Part shown: positions 38,683-44,970 of the stretch, piece after piece
Position numbering within the stretch: position 1 is the first letter of the stretch
Layout of the letters: every line of letters starts with the position of its first letter
NCBI GenBank assembly: GCA_963539755.1
Contig: CAUTMP010000003.1
Span: 9,058-73,057, forward strand
Reading direction: 5' to 3'
DNA length: 64,000 nt
Source: an uncultured Acholeplasmataceae bacterium
GTDB taxonomy: Bacteria; Bacillota_I; Bacilli_A; Acholeplasmatales; Acholeplasmataceae
The notes under the pieces: model-generated
Seen by the model: the letters and a program-made list of their open reading frames with translations, nothing else
Told to the model about the DNA's origin: nothing
Database searches by the model: none
Made by a program: the position numbers and the translations under genes

Positions 38683-39636
38683 ATGAAAATAGCAATTTTA
38701 ACTTCAGGTGGCGACGCACCAGGAATGAACGCCGCTATTAGGGCAGTTGTTCGCACAGCCGATCAGGCAGGAATTGAAGTTCTAGGTATTAGAAACGGCT
38801 ACGCTGGTTTAGTTGAAAACGATTTAGTTGAACTAAAGTCAACTGATGTTAGCGGGTTTTTGCAAATGGGTGGAACCTTTTTGGGAACTAACCGTTTAAA
38901 AGAATTTGTGGAAGTAAACGTCCAAAAAATCGCTCAAAACAACTTAAAAAAAGCCGGAGTTGACTACTTAATTACAATCGGCGGAAACGGAACTTACCAA
39001 GGAGCCTTAGCTTTATCTAAACTGGGTGTGAATACAATCGGAATTCCTGCAACAATTGACAACGACCTTGGTGGAACTGACTCTACTATTGGTTTTTCAA
39101 CTGCTCTAAACACCATTATGGACGCAGTTGATAAACTAAGAGACACATCTTCTTCACATCATCGTTGCTCAGTTATTGAAACTATGGGCAGAGGTTCTTC
39201 GGAACTTGCAATTTACTCAGCGATTTGCGGAGGGGCTGAGTACATAATTACTCACGACAAACCTTTCGACAAAGCCGACTTAATGGCTAAGTTTAAAGAA
39301 TATAAACGCCAAAACCGTAAACACGCAATCGTAGTAGTTTCAGAAAAACTACTAAATGTACACGAGCTTGCTGAAGAAATATCTAGAGAAACTGGTTTTA
39401 ACTCCAGAGCCACAGTACTAGGATACGTTCAACGCGGAGGTTCTCCTTCTCAATATGACCGTTTTTTGGCAACTTCACTTGGCGTTAAAGCAGTTGAACT
39501 TATAAAATCAGGCCTAGTTGGCGGCCTGGCTGTGGGTCTTAAAAACTCAGAAGCAGTTTATACAACTTTAGAGAAAGCATTACTTGAAAAAAGAGACCAC
39601 GAACAGTTGTTTAATATTTTAAGGTTGGTATCTTAA
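38683..39636 (+). CDS. pfkA: ATP-dependent 6-phosphofructokinase
   Basis: 317 aa. TSGGDAPGMNAAIRAVV, GGNGT (Gly at the discriminator position), PATIDNDL, MGRGSSELA, LGYVQRGGSPS. RBS AGGAGA. Confidence 0.88.
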   Translation: MKIAILTSGGDAPGMNAAIRAVVRTADQAGIEVLGIRNGYAGLVENDLVELKSTDVSGFLQMGGTFLGTNRLKEFVEVNVQKIAQNNLKKAGVDYLITIGGNGTYQGALALSKLGVNTIGIPATIDNDLGGTDSTIGFSTALNTIMDAVDKLRDTSSSHHRCSVIETMGRGSSELAIYSAICGGAEYIITHDKPFDKADLMAKFKEYKRQNRKHAIVVVSEKLLNVHELAEEISRETGFNSRATVLGYVQRGGSPSQYDRFLATSLGVKAVELIKSGLVGGLAVGLKNSEAVYTTLEKALLEKRDHEQLFNILRLVS

Positions 39637-39637
39637 A

Positions 39638-41590
39638 ATTTATAAACTAATTTCTAACCTTTCGCCAAAAGGCGATCAGGTTAACGCAATTAAAGAAATT
39701 ACTAAAAACTTCCAAGCCGGAGTTAAAGAACAAATTTTGCTTGGAGCTACTGGAACTGGCAAAACTTTTACTATTGCCAATATTATTGCCAACCTTGATA
39801 AACCTGCACTAATTTTGGAGCCAAATAAAACTTTAGCTGGTCAAATTTACTCTGAGTTAAAACAAATTTTTCCGAAAAACAACGTAGAGTACTACATCTC
39901 TTACTACGACTACTACCAACCAGAGGCCTACAATGTAGCGACTGATACCTATATTGCTAAAGACGCGGCAATCAATGACGATATTGACCAACTTAGAAAC
40001 AAAACTATATCTTCGCTAATGGAGTCTAAAAACACGATAGTTGTGGCTTCGGTTTCAGCAATTTACGACATTGGTGATTTTGAAGAGTTTAAAGCCCAAA
40101 CCCTGTTTGTGCGCAAAAAAATCAAAATAAGTATTGCTGAGTTTACTGCCAGACTAGTTAAAATTAAATATACGAGAAATGACTTTGACAAAAAACGCGG
40201 AACTTTCCAGGTCAAAGGAGATACTGTCTACATATACCCGGCAAATACCCACGACTTGGCAATTCGCGTGGAGTTTGAAGATGACTTAATTTCAGATCTT
40301 GTCTTTGTAGATAAACTAAACTTGCGTCCACAAAAACGAATTGAGTTTATCACAATTTATCCTGCGACTTTTTTCTTAGTCAACGAGGCTAAGCAACGCT
40401 TGGCAATTGAGCGAATTAAGGCAGAACTTGAAGATAGACTTGCTCAACTTAATTTTCAAAATAAACTACTTGAAGCCCAACGTCTTCAGCAAATTACTAA
40501 CTACGACATTGAAATGATAGAACTAACTGGTACCTGCACAGGTATTGAAAACTACCAAAGACACATGCAGTTAAAGGAACCCGATGCTACTCCTTCTACT
40601 TTACTTGAATTTTTTGGATCTGACTTTATTACAGTAGTAGACGAGTCTCACATCACTATGCCGCAAGTTAAAGGAATGTCTGCTGGCAACTCAGCGCGCA
40701 AGGCTAATTTAGTTGAATACGGTTTTCGCTTGCCTTCTACTTTTGACAACCGCCCACTTTATTTTAGTGAGTTTACTTCTAAGTTAGATAAAGTTATTTA
40801 TATGTCTGCAACTCCAGGGGAATATGAAATGGCTCGCAATTTACCGGTAATTGAACAAGTTATTCGCCCGACTTATATTGTGGACCCGGAAATTGAAGTC
40901 AGAGAAAAACTTGGTCAAATTGACGATTTGTTTGTAGAAATTAAAGCAAGATCCCAAAAAAATGAACGCACTTTAGTGACTTGCTTAACAATCCATACCG
41001 CTGAACTTTTAACTAAGTACTTTAAAGAAAACGGACTAAAAGTAGCGTACCTACACTCTAAAGTAAAGAGTATTGAGCGCTTAAAAATTATTAAGGACCT
41101 AAGAGCAGGTAAGTTTGATGCTTTAGTTGGTATTAACTTACTTAGAGAAGGACTTGACATTCCAGAAGTTAGTCTAGTTGCAATTTTAGACGCAGACATT
41201 CCTGGACTTTTTAGGTCTAAAAACTCACTTATCCAAATAATCGGCCGAGCGTGTCGAAACAAGGAAGCAAAAGTTATAATGTATGCAGACCAGGTGACTA
41301 AACAAATGCAGGAAGCAATTGACGAGACTTACCGTCGCCGAGAAATTCAACTTAGGTTTAACCGCGAAAACGGGGTTTCGCCAATAGTTATAGAAAAGCA
41401 AAATATTGAAAACATTGAGTTTGGCCAAAAAGTCAATCCTGCGATTGACTTTATTGCAAAATCCGATAAAGACGTACCTGAGTTAATTAAAGAGTTAACT
41501 AAACTTATGGAAAAGGCTGCCGCTGAGTTTGACTTTGAAAGTGCGATTAACTTCAGAGACGCCATCGCTGAGCTGAAAGGACTTGAATAA
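39638..41590 (+). CDS. uvrB: excinuclease ABC subunit B, probably with a non-canonical ATT start
   Basis: The ORF-track start (TTG 39737) would delete the conserved N-terminus. The same frame is open back to stop 39620-39622 and reads (I)YKLISNLSPKGDQVNAIKEITKNFQAGVKEQILLGATGTGKTF, the canonical UvrB N-terminus. No ATG, GTG or TTG is available there. ATT 39638 sits 10 nt after AAGGTTGG. Confidence 0.75.
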   Translation: MYKLISNLSPKGDQVNAIKEITKNFQAGVKEQILLGATGTGKTFTIANIIANLDKPALILEPNKTLAGQIYSELKQIFPKNNVEYYISYYDYYQPEAYNVATDTYIAKDAAINDDIDQLRNKTISSLMESKNTIVVASVSAIYDIGDFEEFKAQTLFVRKKIKISIAEFTARLVKIKYTRNDFDKKRGTFQVKGDTVYIYPANTHDLAIRVEFEDDLISDLVFVDKLNLRPQKRIEFITIYPATFFLVNEAKQRLAIERIKAELEDRLAQLNFQNKLLEAQRLQQITNYDIEMIELTGTCTGIENYQRHMQLKEPDATPSTLLEFFGSDFITVVDESHITMPQVKGMSAGNSARKANLVEYGFRLPSTFDNRPLYFSEFTSKLDKVIYMSATPGEYEMARNLPVIEQVIRPTYIVDPEIEVREKLGQIDDLFVEIKARSQKNERTLVTCLTIHTAELLTKYFKENGLKVAYLHSKVKSIERLKIIKDLRAGKFDALVGINLLREGLDIPEVSLVAILDADIPGLFRSKNSLIQIIGRACRNKEAKVIMYADQVTKQMQEAIDETYRRREIQLRFNRENGVSPIVIEKQNIENIEFGQKVNPAIDFIAKSDKDVPELIKELTKLMEKAAAEFDFESAINFRDAIAELKGLE

Positions 41591-42657
41591 TGAAAAAAAA
41601 TCCTAAAAGCAAAACTAACCCTCCAAAAGAACAAGTGTTTCTGAAACCTCTTAAAAGAAATTCATTAAAACAAGACCAAGACCTGGCATACAACGCCGCT
41701 CGTGGTGAGGCTTATGAGGTTTTTTGTATTAGCGAGTTAATTAAAGAAAATAAAGATCCTGCGGTTAGGTTTATCACTCCACATTTTGATAGGTCTAAAC
41801 ATATAGAGGTAAACCAATTTGAGAACTTTAATATCTCAAACAACGCCTTTTACTACATTTATAAGTTTGATTTCAATGGTCGTGTTTTGACATACCCACT
41901 TTGTGAGTTTGATTTAATTGCTTTAAATCAAGCCAAAAAACATCTGCATTTCTATGAGTTTAAAGCCAAGCGCAACTTAACTGCACAAGACACAATGCAA
42001 ATCAAAAAAGCCCTGGACTTTATCCCGCACATTTTAAAACGCAAATATACTTTTGACTACACATTTATTTCAAATAAAGAAAGTGGCGAAGAAATTCAAA
42101 AACTGACAGACACCAGAGTAATTGCGGAACTCGCGGACCCAATTTTAGCAAAAGATGGACAGTTTTTTGCTAAATATTTAAGAGAACCCAAAAAGGCAGA
42201 GACTTTACCAGTAATTGTCCTTGACCAGATTTTCAATAAGTTTGACTTTATTTTACACATCTATAAGTTTTGTCTTGAATATAAAAAAGTCATGGAAGTA
42301 CTTGAGTTTGTAGATGACCCTGAGCACATTAAAATCAGTTATTTTGATAAACTGTTGCCAGAGCAATATTTGGTTGAACGCATTTATGATTTTAGAACTA
42401 TCTTTTTGCCAACTTTTTATATCTTTAACACAATAAAGCGAATTTATCAGAAAATTGAGTATAGACATGGTCGCTTTTTTAAAGATGGCGAAGTGATTTC
42501 AGAAAACAGAAAAACCTATATAGAAATAGTAGCACTGCGTAAGTTAATTAGAGAAATTGGTTTTGCTGTTTTAACTGAAAACAATGAAACTAACAAAAAA
42601 CTTTTAAAAACAAAGTCTAAAACTAAAGTAAAAACATCTAAATTAAAAAAAAGTTGA
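41590..42657 (+). CDS. hypothetical protein with a NERD/PD-(D/E)XK-like N-terminal half and Lys-rich termini
   Basis: 355 aa. The ATG overlaps the uvrB stop (TAATG). ARGEAYEVFCISEL ... CEFDLIAL-(11)-FYEFKAK resembles the GE...D...ExK layout of NERD-type nuclease folds. The C-terminal 200 aa are unrecognised. Confidence 0.5.
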   Translation: MKKNPKSKTNPPKEQVFLKPLKRNSLKQDQDLAYNAARGEAYEVFCISELIKENKDPAVRFITPHFDRSKHIEVNQFENFNISNNAFYYIYKFDFNGRVLTYPLCEFDLIALNQAKKHLHFYEFKAKRNLTAQDTMQIKKALDFIPHILKRKYTFDYTFISNKESGEEIQKLTDTRVIAELADPILAKDGQFFAKYLREPKKAETLPVIVLDQIFNKFDFILHIYKFCLEYKKVMEVLEFVDDPEHIKISYFDKLLPEQYLVERIYDFRTIFLPTFYIFNTIKRIYQKIEYRHGRFFKDGEVISENRKTYIEIVALRKLIREIGFAVLTENNETNKKLLKTKSKTKVKTSKLKKS

Positions 42658-42710
42658 AGAAGACCAAGCAACAAATAAACAAACTTGAGTTTTAACTGGC
42701 GATAAATATA

Positions 42711-42750
42711 GCCCTTTTAGGTAAAAAACCTAAAAGGGCGTTTATTATTT
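42711..42750 (+). terminator. terminator after the uvrB operon
   Basis: 12-bp perfect stem GCCCTTTTAGGT-AAAAA-ACCTAAAAGGGC followed by GTTTATTATTT. Confidence 0.8.
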
Positions 42751-42824
42751 AAAACTATATCGCTGTTTTTACAATAAAAAAACACATGCTTTACTGGAAA
42801 ACACGAAAAAGTATTTAAAATTAA

Positions 42825-42836
42825 GCGATATATCGC
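42825..42836. promoter_or_regulatory. perfect 12-bp palindrome GCGATATATCGC (candidate operator)
   Basis: Lies 18 nt upstream of the -35 of the ATPase promoter. Related half-sites are GCGATA at 42699 and 42898 and TATCGC at 42758. Confidence 0.45.
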
Positions 42837-42853
42837 CTAATTTATAAAAGAAA

Positions 42854-42882
42854 TTGACTAAAAAAGGCTTTTCATGTAAAAT
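42854..42882 (+). promoter_or_regulatory. promoter of the AAA/DUF4143 ATPase gene
   Basis: TTGACT, 17 nt, TAAAAT (preceded by TG). Confidence 0.6.
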
Positions 42883-42920
42883 ATTGTTGTAAAAATAGCG
42901 ATATGATAAAGGAGTTAACG

Positions 42921-44162
42921 ATGAAGTTTGAAAGAAAGAAATATTTAGATAAATTGATAGCCAAGCAAGGAAACGGACTTATTAAAATAATTTCCGGAAT
43001 GCGAAGAGTAGGTAAAACCTTTTTACTTACTAGACTATTTCGTGACTATTTGTTAGAAAGTGGAGTTTCTAACACCAGAATTATTATTGTAGAACTAGAC
43101 CTAATTGAAAATAAAACTTTAAGAAAACCCGAAAATTTGCTTAAATATATTCAAAAAAGAACCGAAGACCAAGCAGTTAACTACTATGTATTTTTAGACG
43201 AAATTCAGTTAGTTAAAGACTTTCATTTTCTTTTAAATAGTTTACTTAGTCGCAAAAACTTAGATGTCTATATAACTGGCAGCAATTCAAAGTTTTTGTC
43301 TAAAGACATTGTTACTGAGTTTAGAGGCAGGAGTGATGAAATTAAACTATACCCACTTACTTTTGCAGAAGTTTTTAAGCACAGTAAATTAAGTAAAGAA
43401 GATACCTTAAAAGACTATCTTTACTTTGGTGGAATTCCAAAAGTTGTTTTGGCAAACAACGAAGAAGATAAAATTGCTCTGCTTAAAAACTTTTTTGAAT
43501 TGACCTATATTAAAGATATAGTTGAAAGAAAAAAGATAGAAAACGAAGTTGAGTTAGTTAAAATAACTAAAACTTTAGCGTCAAACATTGGATCACTTAC
43601 CAATCCACAGAAACTAAGCAACACTTTCCTTAGTTTAAGCAAAACTAAAATCTCGGTTTATTTAATAGATAAATATATAGACGCTTTAATTGATGCTTTT
43701 TTGTTAAAAAAAGCAATCAGGTACAGCATTAAAGGCAAAGCCTATATATCTGCCCCTTTTAAATATTATTTTCAAGATCTTGGAATTAGGAACTCAATTT
43801 TAGACTTTCGTCAACTTGAACCAACTCACCTAATGGAAAACTTAATTTACAATGAACTTATTTCTAGGGACTATTTAGTAGATGTTGGAGTAGTTGAAAA
43901 AAACGTACTTAACGAAAAAGGCAACGGCACAAGAGTAAAATTTGAGGTTGACTTTGTTGCAAACAAAGGCAGTAAAAGACTTTATATTCAGTCCTGCTAC
44001 TCTATTGAAGATTTAAATAAACAAAGAATTGAAGAGCGACCTTTTAGCGAAATTGATGATAATTTTGAAAAAATTCTGGTAGTGATGAACTTACCAATCA
44101 GAAGTTACCAGACTGAAAATGGTATCAAAATTGTTAGTCTACTTGATTTTCTTTTGAGTTGA
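42921..44162 (+). CDS. AAA_14/DUF4143-type ATPase
   Basis: Start at ATG 42921, 6 nt after AAAGGAG. Walker A GMRRVGKT, Walker B YYVFLDEIQ. The C-terminus has EVDFVANKGSKRLYIQSCYS, i.e. the usual E-V-K of the nuclease-like DUF4143 end is Q-S-C here. Confidence 0.75.
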   Translation: MKFERKKYLDKLIAKQGNGLIKIISGMRRVGKTFLLTRLFRDYLLESGVSNTRIIIVELDLIENKTLRKPENLLKYIQKRTEDQAVNYYVFLDEIQLVKDFHFLLNSLLSRKNLDVYITGSNSKFLSKDIVTEFRGRSDEIKLYPLTFAEVFKHSKLSKEDTLKDYLYFGGIPKVVLANNEEDKIALLKNFFELTYIKDIVERKKIENEVELVKITKTLASNIGSLTNPQKLSNTFLSLSKTKISVYLIDKYIDALIDAFLLKKAIRYSIKGKAYISAPFKYYFQDLGIRNSILDFRQLEPTHLMENLIYNELISRDYLVDVGVVEKNVLNEKGNGTRVKFEVDFVANKGSKRLYIQSCYSIEDLNKQRIEERPFSEIDDNFEKILVVMNLPIRSYQTENGIKIVSLLDFLLS

Positions 44163-44272
44163 TTGCTAAAACAAAACAAATAAAGCACTAATTCCCCTTT
44201 TTAATTAATATATCTCCCTTGGTTTATCCCTTAAAAAGTTGCATATTTTAAGGGATAAAATGAGAAATACTT

Positions 44273-44927
44273 AGAGGCGATATAGACGAAGTTGACGGAA
44301 TTAGTAAAGATAAAGAAAAACTGAAAAAAATCATAATAAGTTATGCTAAAAATATTTCAACACTAGCAATAAACTAGACAAATTACCTAGACCAAAATTA
44401 CGAGCAAATAGTTGAAGCGCATACTTTTTAAAAGCATTTAAATGCTTTAAAAGCACTCTATATTGTTAAAGATGCGCCGCTGTGCCTTTTAAAATCAGAA
44501 GTTCACCTAGACTAAAACAAGGTTATAAAAAACAGTTTGTATACCTAAGCATAGCAGTTGCAGCCTTGGATTTAACTCCAGAAGAGTTGTTGCAAGACTT
44601 AGTAGCTTTCGGTTTCTTTTTTGAGTCTATAGTCACTAAAGACTTAAAAGTTTATACAGATATGCAAGATGTCAGTGTTCATTATTATCGTGATTCAAGT
44701 GGACTTGCAGTTGACTTAAATTTAGAACTGCTAGATGGTCGCTGGGCCGGAGTTGAAGTTAAACTTGGGGTAAATGAACTAGACAAGGCTGCTAAAATTT
44801 ACTAAAACTCGCTAAAATTGTGGCGAAAGAACCTGAGTTTTTAATGATTGTAACCAATAGTCAAATGGCCTACACCAAACCAGAAGACGGTATACACGTC
44901 GTTCTGCTTGGTTATCTTCGTGATTAG
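44273..44927 (+). pseudogene. decayed C-terminal two-thirds of a second DUF4143-type ATPase gene
   Basis: Three frames must be joined: ...KIIISYAKNISTLAIN*TNYLDQ...HTF*KHLNALKALYIVKDAPL / PFKIRSSPRLKQGYKKQFVYLSIAVAALDLTPEELLQDLVAFGFFFESIVTKDLKVY...YYRDSSGLAVDL...GVEVKLG / LLKLAKIVAKEPEFLMIVTNSQMAYTKPEDGIHVVLLGYLRD*. There are in-frame stops at about 44376 and 44429 and frameshifts near 44480 and 44800. The ATPase domain is absent. Confidence 0.7.
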
Positions 44928-44933
44928 GTAAAA

Positions 44934-44969
44934 CTAAAAAGAGATGTTTTTAAAAACATCTCTTTTTAG
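44934..44969. terminator. bidirectional terminator between convergent genes
   Basis: 36-nt perfect palindrome CTAAAAAGAGATGTTTTT|AAAAACATCTCTTTTTAG, directly after the stop of the minus-strand nuclease gene. Confidence 0.85.
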
Positions 44970-44970
44970 T

